The notes beneath the pieces are model-generated. The model had not been told where the DNA came from, did no database searches, and saw only the letters and a list, made by a program, of their open reading frames with translations. Of a DNA stretch of 64,000 nt, positions 28,545 through 41,743 are shown piece after piece (position 1 is the first letter of the stretch; each line of letters opens with the position of its first letter). The stretch is from Octopus vulgaris (taxonomy: Eukaryota): NCBI GenBank assembly GCA_951406725.2, contig OX597819.1, forward strand, positions 63,922,001 through 63,986,000. The letters run 5' to 3'. Made by a program: the position numbers and the translations under genes.

Positions 28545-29230
28545 TGTTGATGTGGGCACTCCAACTGAGATTATCATCCGCAATTACGCCCAGGTCTCTG
28601 ATATTGATAGAGGGTGTGAGCGGTTCCCCTGAAGAAAGAGTTTATGGCTGTTTTAGTGTGGACTTTCTTCCAAAATGCATCAGATCAAATTTTCCCTCGT
28701 TCAGTTGCATTTTGTTTTTATCTGCCCATTGACTCGCAGCATATAGATCAGACTGGAATTGAGTTCGGTCTGCTTCTTCATTGATGATTTCCTGGAGCTT
28801 AGTGTCATCAGCAAATATTTTTGCTTTGCATTGATGTACGACACTGGAAAGGTCGTTTATGTAAATTGTAAAGACGAGCGGGCCCAAGGCAATCCCCTGG
28901 TTGACAGCGCTGGTGACTTTTGCTGGGCTTGAGTGGACTCCATCGACTACAACATGTTGTGTTCTATTCGCTAGGAAATACTTAATCCAGTGTAGAAGAT
29001 TTCCACGGATTCCAACATTTGCCAATTTTCAGAGTAGAATATTATGGGCGACCCTGAAGAACGCTTTACTGAAGTCAAGTTATATGACATCAGAGTTTGA
29101 ACCTATTCCCAAGGCATTAAGTATATCTTCAATGTTGTGTAGGAGCTGTGTTTGGCAGTCCCTGCCACAGCGGAAGCTATGCTGATCTGCATTTAGGAGT
29201 TTGTGGGTCTCCAGGAAGTCAGCTCTTCTT
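28545..29230 (-). pseudogene. CR1/L2-group LINE reverse transcriptase fragment
   Basis: QHSFRCGRDCQTQLL, LDFSKAF, SAVNQGIALGPLVFTIYIND, IFADDTKL, WADKNKMQLN. Confidence 0.9.
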
Positions 29231-29950
29231 GATCTGTTGCTGGCTATCGGGTCTTTGAAGTGACCCCTGACCTGTTGGAGTTGGGTCATTTGGTGCACTA
29301 CATCCATTGACAAGTATGGCTTCTAGTATTGCCATGTGCGTGCGGAAAATAGGAAATGATCTTGTGATTTCTCTTATTTTGTTTTCGATTGTTTTGCTAA
29401 TTTTTCAGCGATTTTACTGTAGACATTAGCTTTTACACAATCGTTATGGTGAATGTACCAAGCGTTTATCAGTGAATTGATTTCGTTTTCTACCCAGTGG
29501 CGTTTTGAAATATTATTGACCATATTCAGTGGGACAGTATAATACACTGTACGTCAGTTATTGATGACTTGATGTATAATAGTGAATGGACCGTTGAAAA
29601 GTTTGTGTCGATATATTCGGAAATGCGTGGCTATATCTGGATGTGTGTGGTAGAGTTCAGTGTATTTAGTACAAATTAGAATGAGTGGTGTGTTTAATAC
29701 AAATCAAGAGGAAAGAATTGTACTCAGGGGACTAGTTTTAGAACTAGTCTTGAGTTTAGTTTTAGTTTATATTTCTTTCTCCAGGTTGTAAATAAATTTA
29801 TGTAAATTTATCTTCTGGTGGTAGTAAAATAGTAGAATAGTAGAATTCAAGAGTTCTGGGACTAAAAACAAGGAAAGTTACTGCTGGCTTGAGTTGAAAT
29901 ATGCTTCTTTGGCTACTGAGTGGCCGGAGTTATGAAAAGAACGACTTGTC

Positions 29951-30044
<94 letters not shown>

Positions 30045-30168
30045 CCATCCCTCCAAATATAACATATTCTTACTTTACTATTATGAGGGGAATTTTTCTT
30101 ATCAGTAAGAGAAATAATAGTTCCATACATTTCAATTTGTTTCATTTTTGTTATCGTAATAACAGTAG

Positions 30169-30242
<74 letters not shown>

Positions 30243-30499
30243 AAATATAAAAATCAACGAAAATGCATATTGTAGATATAAAAAGGCTATTTATGACAGG
30301 TAGTGACAAATATATACCTTTAGACTATTACTCGTCAAAAAGGTCATTGTTATTGATGATTATAAGAAGTTAATAATAATAATAATAAGCTAGCATACTG
30401 AAACGAATCAATTGGTTTTCGCGTTTGAACAACACCGGTTAGTAAACGGTGTCAGGCATAATAGTTCCTGAGAGCTGCTCCAGTTATTGCAGGGTTACC

Positions 30500-31360
30500 A
30501 CGAACTTAAGTTATACCAATCATCACTAGAAAAATATGAAGCCTCTTTCAATTACTACTTAAAGGAGAACTGGAAGAGATATTTAGATGATTGCTTCATA
30601 CTTTGTCAAGATAGCATGGATGAACTCCTTCATTTTAAAAGAATGCTCAACAACATACACAGCAATATACAATTCACTATGGAACACAACAGTAAGCAAC
30701 TACCTTTTCTAGACATCTTAATTAGAATAGTTAACAACAACATAGAAACAGACATCTTTTATAAACCCACAGACTCTAAACAATACCGATTATTTAACTC
30801 CTGCCACCCCAAACACATAAAAATCAACATACCTTTTAACGTAACAAAAGGAATCTGCACCATAGTTTACGATACATACACTCGTGAACATAGACTCCTT
30901 GAACTTAGATCTACACTAACTAAAAGACACTACCCATTCTCATTAGTAAATGAAGGCGTCAAAAGAGCTAAGGGAATAGATATACAAAGATTAAGGAAAA
31001 CTAGCCGTAATATTAAACAAGACTTAAAAATACTCCCGTACATCTCCATACATAACCCCAGAAATAACGAAGTATTCAACATCATCACCCAAAACTTCCC
31101 CATCCTCACAGCAGACAAAACAATGAACGAAATTTTAAGCTCATATAAAATTATAAAAAGCAAATAACAACCGAAGTCACTGAAAAGAATACTAACCAGC
31201 GCTAGACTTTAGCCACTAACTACTGAGCCAAAAGTGACAAAATGTGGACATTCCAACTGGGGAACATGCCCCCACCTTCTGGAGAGATCAGAATTCCAAT
31301 TCAAATTCAAACAAGGAGAAATATTTAAGATCAAATCAAATTTCACCTGCGCCTCGGCAA
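30500..31360 (+). pseudogene. Penelope-like element: RT C-terminus, thumb and start of Cys linker/GIY-YIG region
   Basis: WKRYLDDCFIL, IQFTMEH, LPFLDILI, DIFYKPTD, SCHPKH, then KCGHSNWGTCPHL and NFTCASANI. Confidence 0.92.
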
Positions 31361-31383
31361 ATATTTTTTTCAAAACATATTTC

Positions 31384-31428
<45 letters not shown>

Positions 31429-31460
31429 TTATACAAATACATATATATACATATAGATAC

Positions 31461-31507
<47 letters not shown>

Positions 31508-31535
31508 AAAAAAGCAACAAGAATGGATTAAAATC

Positions 31536-31619
31536 TCGGTACGATCGTTTCGTACGAGGACATCTTTAATAAGCTACAAAAAATGCAGTGAATACAGATG
31601 GCTCGTACTCGTCAGCCGA
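31536..31619 (-). ncRNA. Type I hammerhead ribozyme, intact core
   Basis: Reverse strand TCGG-CTGACGA-GTACGAG...CTCGTAC-GAAA-CGATCG-TA-CCGA. Confidence 0.9.
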
Positions 31620-31762
31620 AAAAACATCAGAGAATTCCCAAACATTAAAAGGGGTAGATACAAAAGAGGTTGTAAGATACAAAAGAGGTTGTAAGAGGTC
31701 CTAGTTAAGGACCATATTCAAGTGAATTCTTTAGAATTCACTAGAATCTCAATTACTTAACC

Positions 31763-31838
<76 letters not shown>

Positions 31839-31854
31839 ATATACATATATATAT

Positions 31855-32280
31855 AGGGGAGAATTCAGAAAAATAAAAACAAAATATGAAGACAGGTGGT
31901 GTAGACAACAAACAGATGTATTAGTATAACGCTCAGGAAGGAAAAGTATTTAATGTTTCGAGCCTACGCTCTTCCACAGAAAGGAACACTGAAAGAAACA
32001 CTAAGAGAAAATAAAGAATGTGTAGTGGCTAGCGATCTACCATGCCAAAGGCCGGACAAAAGGGTAACACAGGGGTGCTAGGGAGAAGAGGAGATAACAA
32101 AGTGGTGGTGATCCCAAAACAAAGGTTCGCTTGCGTGTGTATAAGATAGCGTGTGTATAAGAAGTGGTCAGTTCTTATGTGTGCGTGGTGGTGTGTTCTC
32201 ATGTGATGTGTTGTGTGCTTTGGTGGTGTAAGGTGTAGTGTTGTGTGGTTTGATGTGATGGTGGAATGGAGTAGATGAAA
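31855..32280 (-). mobile_element. Probable Penelope terminal-repeat fragment with variant HHR (about 31947-31983)
   Basis: Reverse strand CTTT-CTGTGGA-A-GAGC-GTAG-GCTC-GAAA-CA-TT-AAAT. Confidence 0.5.
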
Positions 32281-32656
32281 TCGAGGTTACGTATGTTTCT
32301 TTCATTAATTTGGAATTGCCTTTGCATACAGAGCAGTCCCAACTGCTAATCGTAAACCATGAGATAACTATTTTGCAACTAATCGACCTTCAATATGGGC
32401 AAAAGTTTCAAACTTCCACGTCAGTAAACCATTATTGTTCTTGGGCATTATTTTTTATACCTTCTTCGGACCGCTTGACACTCAACTACTTGCAACACCT
32501 TGATCCTTGGAACTTACCTCTATACACAGACACGCATACACACACACACGTACACACACATACGTCTGTATATATATATATATATATATATATAACAGAT
32601 ATGTATTTGCATAGCAAGTGACCTGATCTGAGATCTTGTGCTGGAACGAAAACAAT

Positions 32657-33111
32657 TGCAACGTGGAACGTGTTTATAAGCCATTTAAGAAACACGCAAA
32701 AAACGGTAGATTCACTTCACAATTTAAATTCAATTTGCCAAAATATTTTCATATTTTCTTTGTTGCCCTTAAGGGACTAAACATAGAGGGGAAAACAAGG
32801 GCAGACAAAGGGATTAAGTCGATTAAGTTGACCCCAGTGCGTAACTGGTACTTCGCCCCTCATGCTAACGTTTCTGCCAGCTCGATGCCTTAATTTGCCA
32901 AAATATTTTCGTCGCTTTGAGACCGCGACCTGTCCACTGACAAAATTCTGTGCTGCATCTCTTTGCATACAGGCATTCACCATGCAGCACGGAATTTTGT
33001 TAGTGAACCGGTCGCGGTCTCAAAGCGACGAAAATATTTTGGTAAATTAAATTTAAATTGTGTGTTTCTGTGTGTTTCTTAAATGGCTTATAAACACCTT
33101 CCATGCTGCAA

Positions 33112-33112
<1 letters not shown>
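32657..33112. repeat. Palindromic element carrying two variant HHRs, left arm interrupted by a SINE
   Basis: Inner arms 32892-32958 and 32982-33048. Outer arms GTGTTTATAAGCCATTTAAGAAACAC and its reverse complement. Confidence 0.85.
32751..32891 (-). mobile_element. Internally deleted family B SINE with 19-bp target-site duplication
   Basis: AATTTGCCAAAATATTTTC at 32732-32750 and 32892-32910. Body matches 39960-40187. Confidence 0.85.
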
Positions 33113-33176
<64 letters not shown>

Positions 33177-33934
33177 TGTGTGCGTGTTTCCCCATCAATG
33201 CGTGACAACCGCTGTTGGTTTCTTGAAATCTGCGTCAAAAGGTGTGATAGTATATATAAATAATTACTAGAATCGAATTCTTGGACAAAACCCTTCTTAA
33301 CAGTGCCTAGATTGGCCTCAGGCCAACAGCTGAAACAAGTTACATACGTTATAAGTTAAAAGTAGTGTTATTCAGGAACGAAGTAAAATGACGTACAAAA
33401 ACATACATGTGTTAAACATCGGTATAGTTACCATTAAGCCTTGTGTACGTTTCAGTTCCTTATTTGAGGAAAAAATCCTGGGCAAAATCATGTAGAAAAT
33501 ATCAAAAGATATACTACAGCATTTCTCAGCATATTTTTGTATCTGATCAAAATTAGTTTCTCAAAAAAAAAAAAAAAAAATGTTAAATAAATAAAAATTG
33601 ATGTTTGTCCCTAATTGAGTAGAAGTTTCCCATATGACTATTCGTTGTTTTCAGACATCGTACGTAGGAATAATTTATATCTGTTAAAATAAATAAGTAA
33701 ATAAATAAATAAAAATAATAATAATAATAAAAGCAGTAAAGAAATAAACAAAAACAAAAACATAAGCCAGAGAAAGCACATTTCTGAGACATGAGCGTAT
33801 TTTCTTGAATGTAAAGTTACTGTAGAGAAACTATCCTTTGTGTTTCACGCTCCTTAAGCAATGGTGTTGTTTACGATTTATTTCCTACTAAAATTTTCAC
33901 TCATTTACTTTACTTTACCCTACTGTGTTACTCT

Positions 33935-33983
<49 letters not shown>

Positions 33984-35259
33984 GCCGTCTTCCAGTTTGT
34001 CACACATTTCTTTCGCTTCATTTTCCACTTTGTTTTTAATGTGTTGCTATGTTTTCCTTTTTATTTTAACTTGCTAGTTGCATTTTGTTATGCTAAATTA
34101 TAGGTTATCTTTTATTGAGCACTAAAAATATAACCAGAAATGAATATTCGGCAAGTGAAAGAATCGATTTTAATGAAGGAATAATGTTTCTATTATTATG
34201 TAACTTGCCCATATGAAAGACAACAGCAACAGACATGTCTTCACAATGTTAACGTTATATTAAATGGCGGTTTTTAAGTGGATGGCGTCTCTGAATTGAT
34301 AAGTTGCTAAACAATACCGTTTTACTACATCAACAAATATAACATATTCTACAATTGCTTACTGATTCTCTAATCTATATTGCAGCAACTAGGGTGGAGG
34401 TAATACTATGCTAATGATTTCAGAATAAGTTAGCAGCGTCCTCGAGTGAACTCCATTTATTGCATAACAAAAAATTAAACCGATATTGATTTTTAACATA
34501 GACACTAATCTTAAAATATTATGGAGGTGTTAGAGTTTATTGAAACAGAGTCAGTGCGCGAGCACTTGACCGTATTTTATACTTTATTGATATCGGAAAG
34601 ATGAAAGTAACAAGTAACCATAAGGATGTTTGAATTAAGAGTGTAAAAGTCTGCAAAGTGATGTCGCATGATGTTTTACCTGACACTCTAACGATTATGC
34701 TAATCCATTTTTGATCACAAGACTCAGCCTTTGAATTACTGTGAGCAATCATTCGACTAATTTCGCAAAATATACATCGACCAAATTTCACTTGCAGTGT
34801 TGGTTGATTCGAAGCATTTCAAGATATTCTGCTTAAGCGGAACAAACACATAACCTTACGATATCGAAACGAATTTTTGTTTTTAACGATTCGACCAATT
34901 CTACGACAGCATTGTGGCCACCATGATTAATGCCGCTATGCAAAGAGAAGCTCAAATACCAATACATGGAAAATATAACGCTTATTATGAACATCCTGAT
35001 GCATATAAATATTTTTCTAGATTTTATTACTTTTACCTTAATATTGTCTGCATGAATTACTTTAACATTAAATCACCACTCTTGTTCTTGGTACAAACGA
35101 TATGAATGATCTATTTAATGTTTACACAATATGATTTAGCTGTATGAATTTACTGCTAAGTGGATGGCGAGAGACTGATATGTGTAAATATGTATGTACG
35201 TATATATGTATGTGCGTATATATATGCATGATTTTATATATATATATATATATATATAG

Positions 35260-35595
35260 ATTCAGTCATTTGACTGTGGTCATGCTGGAGCACCACCTTT
35301 AGTCGAGCAAATCGACCCACAGACTTATTCTTTGTAAGCCTAGTACTTACTCTATCGGTCTCTCTTGCCGAACCGCTACGTTACGGGTACGTAAATACAC
35401 TCAACATCAGTGGTCAAGCGATGTTGGGGGTACAAACACAGACACACAAACATATACACACACATACATAAATATATACATGTATAAGACGAACTTCTTT
35501 CAGTTTCTGTCTACCAAATCCACTCACAAGGCTTTGGTGGGAATGAACCCGGAACCATGTGGTTGGTAAGCAAGCTACTAACCACACAGCGACTC
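35260..35595 (-). mobile_element. SINE family A
   Basis: Reverse-complement similarity to 10398-10830. Confidence 0.85.
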
Positions 35596-35741
35596 AATTT
35601 GGACAAATAAGAAGTATAAGTCGATTAATGTGTTTAAATGTCGAGTAGCACACCGACACAGTTTCCGTTACCAGTTGTCATCGTCAGACGTGGTACACTT
35701 CCGTTAGATTTACTTCGGGAAATTTGCAGTGGCAGTTAGGG

Positions 35742-35828
35742 TAATAATGTTAACAGAAGATGGATTCGGTTTCAAACTTGATGTAATACCGAGTTTGAAA
35801 CCGAATCCATCTCCTGTTAATATTATTA
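35742..35828. repeat. About 87-bp hairpin palindrome
   Basis: TAATAATGTTAACAGAAGATGGATTCGGTTTCAAACT / AGTTTGAAACCGAATCCATCTCCTGTTAATATTATTA. Confidence 0.9.
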
Positions 35829-35831
35829 TTA

Positions 35832-35990
35832 TATTACGTCCTGAGTTCAAATTCCACCGAGGTCGAGTTTTGCCTTTCATCCTTTCGGGGTCGAGAAATT
35901 GATTACTAGTAGTGTACTGGGGTCGATTTATCGACTGCTCGCCTCCTCAAAAATGTCAAGCCTTGTGTCTAGAGTGGAAAAGAATATTAC
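35832..35990 (+). mobile_element. SINE family B
   Basis: CTGAGTTCAAATTCCACCGAGGTCGA...GCCTTTCATCCTTTCGGGGTCGA. Confidence 0.8.
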
Positions 35991-35997
35991 ACACACA

Positions 35998-36033
<36 letters not shown>

Positions 36034-36989
36034 TACACATACATACACATATATATGCGCGTGTGTATGTGTGTATTTATATATGTATATAGCTTCACAT
36101 ATAGTACTTCGTCCGCGTGCAGTTAGAAATACGATTGCTGTTCGTGTATTTAATGATTTACACTTGATCGCCGTCAGCAAAATCTAAAAAAAACTGTTTC
36201 CTTGATGGATCCTTGATAATCTGTTTCTAATTGCACCAGGGATACCGACTGTAGAAACTACACAAGTCACAATGACGAAACTTGCGCAAAGAGTAAATGG
36301 TACAAATCACATCTTGCTTTTATTATACACATTAAACAGTCTCCCATCACTTTTTGTTAGTTTCAATCTATTAGCAAAGCTGCTAAACGATTCATGTTTA
36401 GAACGGCTGGTCTAACTGAAAGTTTATAGCTGAATATCTTTGATTTTACACTAGAATAATTTAATATTAATAGTATCTCAGGGTTGTTAGTATTTTTCTT
36501 TTGTCTGCAAAAATTTGGTCGATTTTGAAATAGATACCACTAAAGCTGGCAATTTCTGCCTACCAAAGATCCTGATTGTATTTTAGACAATAATTACATG
36601 CATATATTGTATTAGATTGTGTCTTCTGCTATTGCGTAACATAAATAAGGATATCTGAAATATATCCACTTGATATATTGGATCATCGTATACATAATGT
36701 GGTTTTGTTCAATTGCATGAACTAAAAGTCGGACAAGTACGCGATAAGCAACCTGCATCAACTTGGTATAAAGTCAGGTACAAATTTCACCTTGCCTTCG
36801 TTCTTAGTGTAAGTTTTGAAGAGTGAAATTTGAGTTTAACAGTTATATTTTCAAAGCTACAATGGAAGTCACAAACAAGCATATTCAACATATTTAGCTT
36901 TATGAGTTCAATAGAGGCAACAACGGAACACAAAATGTGAGGAATATTAATGCAATAGATGAGGATCGGGCAATAAGCGGAAGAAAGTA

Positions 36990-37593
36990 TCAACGGTAAT
37001 TCCATAAATTCCGAACCGGATATTACAACCTAGAAGACGTGTCTCGACCTGGAATATCTGAACCGCTCGACGAGGACGTCCTGCAAACCCTGGTGGAACG
37101 AAATCCCATAATGATTGTTTAGGAACTAGCAGAGAAGCTTGGATTTGGCCATTTAGTCATTCATCGACACCTACGCTAGAAGAAACAAGATCATTATTGG
37201 CTTCAAGATAAAACGTGTTCTTCCATCAGGCCACATACAGCAAAAAAGGACATTCCAAAGGCTGGAGTAGTTTGAATGGCAAACGATGACCCACCCACAA
37301 TATTCGACGGGTATTGCCCCATCTGATTATCATTTATTCCGCAGTCTTCAAAATCATTTGGACAGAGAAAAATATGAATTCTATAGACGAGGACAGAACA
37401 GTATTAGAGGAGTATTTTTCGTCACGGACAAGTGAATTTTGGAAGACGGGCCTTGCAAGTCAACTAGATAGATGGAAGAGAGCATTCTTGAAAATTAAGG
37501 GGAGTATATTTTAGATTAAAAAGAAATTTGTATATCTTCATTTTGAAAAATAAAAGAAGTATAAAAAACCGTATTATTTATGAGATGACCCAA
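36990..37593 (+). mobile_element. Internally deleted mariner (DD34D) remnant
   Basis: NLEDVSRPG, ELAEKLGF and HPQYSTGIAPSDYHLFRSLQNHL. Right TIR-like ...TTATGAGATGACCCAA followed by TA. Confidence 0.85.
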
Positions 37594-37617
37594 TATATAT
37601 AAATATGTTGAAAGATG

Positions 37618-37930
37618 CGTGGCTGAGTGGTTAGGGTACTTGGCTCAATCTCGTAGGGTTGTGAGCTCGATACCTAGCCGTGCGTTGAGTCTTTCAAGAA
37701 AACGCTTTATTTCTTGCTGCTCCATTTCATTCAACTGGAAACGCTTAGTTTTACCTGTAATTGAGAGGGGTCAGCCATGTCAAATTCTGTGTCACGCTGA
37801 GAACCACGTGAAGAGTTCGCGTGTCGGTGGAGTGCTCAACCACTTTCATATTAAATTCCTGAGTAGACTCTTCTGCTGGGCGGATCAACTGCAACGCGCG
37901 TCGTCGTAATCAACGGAGTGCTAGTTATTA
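37618..37930 (+). mobile_element. SINE family C
   Basis: A-box TGGCTGAGTGG and B-box-like GAGCTCGATACC. Confidence 0.65.
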
Positions 37931-37957
37931 TAAGCATTAAAACCGAAAGAACGATCG

Positions 37958-38350
37958 ACGGTGGTGAGCTGCCAGAATTGTTAGCATGACGGGCAAAATA
38001 CTTAGCACTATTTCGTCCGTCATTAAGTTCTGGGTTCAAATTCCGCCGAGATCGAATATACCTTAAATCCCTCTCTCACCCGAACATGCTGGACTTGTGC
38101 CAAAGTTTGAAACCAATATGTAAGAAAGCATTAGGGCGGTGAGCTGACAGAATCGTCTGCGCGCCGAGGAAAGTGATTAGAACATATCATCCGTCTTTGC
38201 GTTCTCCGTTCAAATTCAGCCGAGGTCGATTTAGCCTTTCATTCATTGGAGGTCCATAAAGTAAGTACCACTTGAGCACTGATTTCGATGTAATCGACTT
38301 ACGCCCTCAATTACGAAAATGACAGTCCTGTGCCAAATTGTGAAACCAAT
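37958..38350 (+). mobile_element. Two tandem family B SINEs
   Basis: GGTGAGCTG(C/A)CAGAAT...GTTCAAATTC...CCGAG at about 37960 and 38135, each ending GTGCCAAA...GAAACCAAT. Confidence 0.8.
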
Positions 38351-39163
38351 CTGAAATTAGGCATAGAAGATCTACATCATACGTTAAATATTTCTAAATT
38401 TCCGTCTTGATTTAACAAATTTGCTTCGAAATATGATGAATATGTTATCTTATCCCAAATATGTGTCGCGTCGCTTGAATTCTATTGAGATTGGTAGCAA
38501 AAGTAAAGAATGTGACACTAAATAAATATTTATTAGTATGCATGCATTCAAAAAAATGTTTTCTGGTTTTAGTATGTCTCCGTAATACTAAAGTAAATCC
38601 TTAAGCTGGAGTGCATTAATCAATTAAACAAATGTGATACAAACAGTGCCAAGTAATTTTTATAATGGTTGGATCAGTCGTATAGCTAATGCAAATTTCG
38701 TGGTATATTGAAACATCAAAGTCATATCGTAATTATATATGAGGAAAATATATACAAAATGTATACTTTACAAACGCACGCACACACACACAAAATTGTT
38801 CGTTAAATATCATATAAAGAAATATATAATTGTTGAACGGAAATGTAAATCCCATCAACTTCCGTGATATCAATCGACTGATAGATATTGAATTTAAATA
38901 ATATCATTTGTAATTCTTACTTGTGACTACAGACATTCCAGCTGGTGACTGGCCGCTGCGCTTGCATTAAGAAAAAACATTCAGGTACATATACGCATAT
39001 ATTATAACATTTACACACATATCTATGTCTTAGTGTGTGTGTGTGTACACCGCCCCCCTCACACAAACACGCTCATTTACGAGGGGTTTATGGAAAGTCT
39101 TGAGCCTCAAAATAACAAAACATGGTACAAGACTTAAAGGCTCAAAACTTTTTTACACCCGTC

Positions 39164-39209
<46 letters not shown>

Positions 39210-39332
39210 ATATTGCATACTTTATATATGCAGATGTGTACTCTGATATTTTGATGCAAAATGAACTCATGGATATACCGATATACATATACATAAATCC
39301 ACATACACACACAAACACACACACACACACAT

Positions 39333-39372
<40 letters not shown>

Positions 39373-39814
39373 CTATCTCTGTGGTTTGTGCATACATGTA
39401 TGTATATGTATATAGGCAGAACGTAAGAGAAATTATTTGACAGAATTGGTATTAAGATAGGGTCAGTGTGTGTGTGGGGGGAAATATCTGTTTTCAACAC
39501 ATCAGATACTAATTCGTTAAATTTAAAGTGCAGATGAAATACAGCATATTAAAGTGCTAATTAGAGTTTTAACTAAACCAGCAATAAAATGATATATTTT
39601 ATGATGAAAAAAATTATATTTGCACTTTGAATATATATTTATGTATAATTGCCATAGTCGTAAGTGATATTTATAATTTGATGACGTGTTATATATTTGT
39701 TTGTATATATTCGTTTGTGTGTACATTCGTGTGTACGTGTATTTGAGAATATATATTTATATACATAGATGTGTGCATGTTTGTTTGTTTGTATATACAT
39801 ATCTGTTTGTATTC

Positions 39815-40187
39815 GTTTCTACTCTAAGCACAAGGCCTGAAATTTTGGGGGAAGGCGCCGGTCGATTGGATCCACTCCAGTACACAATTGGTACTTAAGT
39901 TGTCGACCCCGAAAGGATGAAACGGAGGTATTTGAATTCAGAATGTAAAGATAGACGAAATACCTATTTTTACTACCCACAAGGGGCTAAACTCATAGAA
40001 GACAAACAAGGACAGACAAACGGATTAAGTCGATTATATAGACCCCAGTGCGTAACTGGTACTTATTTAATCGACCCCGAGATGATGAAAAGCAAAGTCA
40101 ACCACGGCGGAATTTGAACTCAGAACGTAACGGCAGACGAAATACCGCTAAGCATTTCACCCGGCGTGCTACCGTTTCTGCCAGCTC
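39815..40187 (-). mobile_element. Two abutting family B SINEs
   Basis: TCGACCCCGA...GATGAAA...TTTGAA(T/C)TCAGAA...GACGAAATACC occurs twice. Confidence 0.85.
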
Positions 40188-40982
40188 CATATTTGTTCAT
40201 ATTAACAAACCACCGACTAAGTTATGAACATATGCATCGTGAAGTAGTTGTTGTTCTTTTGTTCCAATGTGACAAAAACAACAGTGATTAGCATATTTAT
40301 GTTCAAGTCTGTCACAGAAAATAAGGGAAAATATACAGGACACTGTTTTGCTTCTCACCTCTCACTGTCTCTATGGTGATTGAATATCGTTTGGCAGTTA
40401 TTCTTTCGCATCAGCAAACTATTTGTTATTTATGTTGAAGTAATAGAAATCATCTATGAATTCACCATCAGAACATCGGGTGTTTGAGAATACTTTTGCA
40501 AGCGAATAGAATGTGTTAGCAACAGGCATTCATTATAATGAGAAGCTGTTGTCGTATGACGAAGGTCAATAGCGATTATAATGTTCACGATCACGTTCGT
40601 TTTCGAGGAACGCCCATCCGCGTGCGCACGCATACACATGCACACACGCGCCCACATATAGACCAATAGAAAAGTAGATAGGCTGGTTGAGAAACAGACA
40701 GGCATCATGACGGCTACCTGTGAAGAACGTGGAGTCACATAATCGTACTATTACCTAACACTCTGTCGAACACCTAGTCTCAAAGTGAATAGTAAGATCG
40801 AATGTGATGGGCATATTACACTGTAAAACTTCGATTAATATAAATTCATACATGCATACCTATATCTATCAATTTATCTATCTACATATATATGTATATA
40901 TACATATGTATGTATGTATGTATGTATATATATATGTATGTATGTATACATACACACACACATGCATACACATACACACACA

Positions 40983-41044
<62 letters not shown>

Positions 41045-41074
41045 CGTTTATATATTTGTTGTGCAAGATTTTGT

Positions 41075-41490
41075 ATGTGAAGTCGTGTGTTGAAACAGAT
41101 ATTGTTATATTTCGGAATGGTCATTTTGACAGTTTAGCCCAATAAAAACACACGCACTATATATTCGGTGTTATATATATGTATATGTTTTATTATTATC
41201 ATTGTTTTTTTTTGTATTATTTTTGTATTTATATAGTATTTTGTATCTATATTCGTGTAACATCGTCAGTTTTTCCGTCCTTGTTTCGTATACATTCGTT
41301 GCATATTCCAAGGAATTTAATGCTCTTAGCTTAGTTTTTCCTTGAGGTTGGCCAGATTGGAGCAATCTCAAGAATAATCAGCCGAAATTTCGAGGATTAT
41401 CTGGTTCTTGACTGAAGATTAAAGGCTTCGAATGACCCATCCGTGTTTTTTGTATCGTCTTTCTCTGGATGTTTTGCGTTCTTGTCCCAG
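41075..41490. mobile_element. Probable Penelope terminal-repeat fragment
   Basis: 41095-41172 is the reverse complement of 7045-7118. Flanked by (TA)n. Permuted HHR-like motif at 41380-41430. Confidence 0.5.
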
Positions 41491-41494
41491 TTTA

Positions 41495-41556
<62 letters not shown>

Positions 41557-41575
41557 AATATATAGGTATGCATGT

Positions 41576-41666
<91 letters not shown>

Positions 41667-41696
41667 GTGTGTATGTATGTATGTATATATATATAT

Positions 41697-41732
<36 letters not shown>

Positions 41733-41743
41733 GAATATATATA

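Noticed and set aside
30408-30490. Minus-strand CTGGAGC...GCGAAA with two hairpins next to the Penelope RT
   Set aside because: The position suits an inverted pLTR, but the core has at least two mismatches and no clear helix III.
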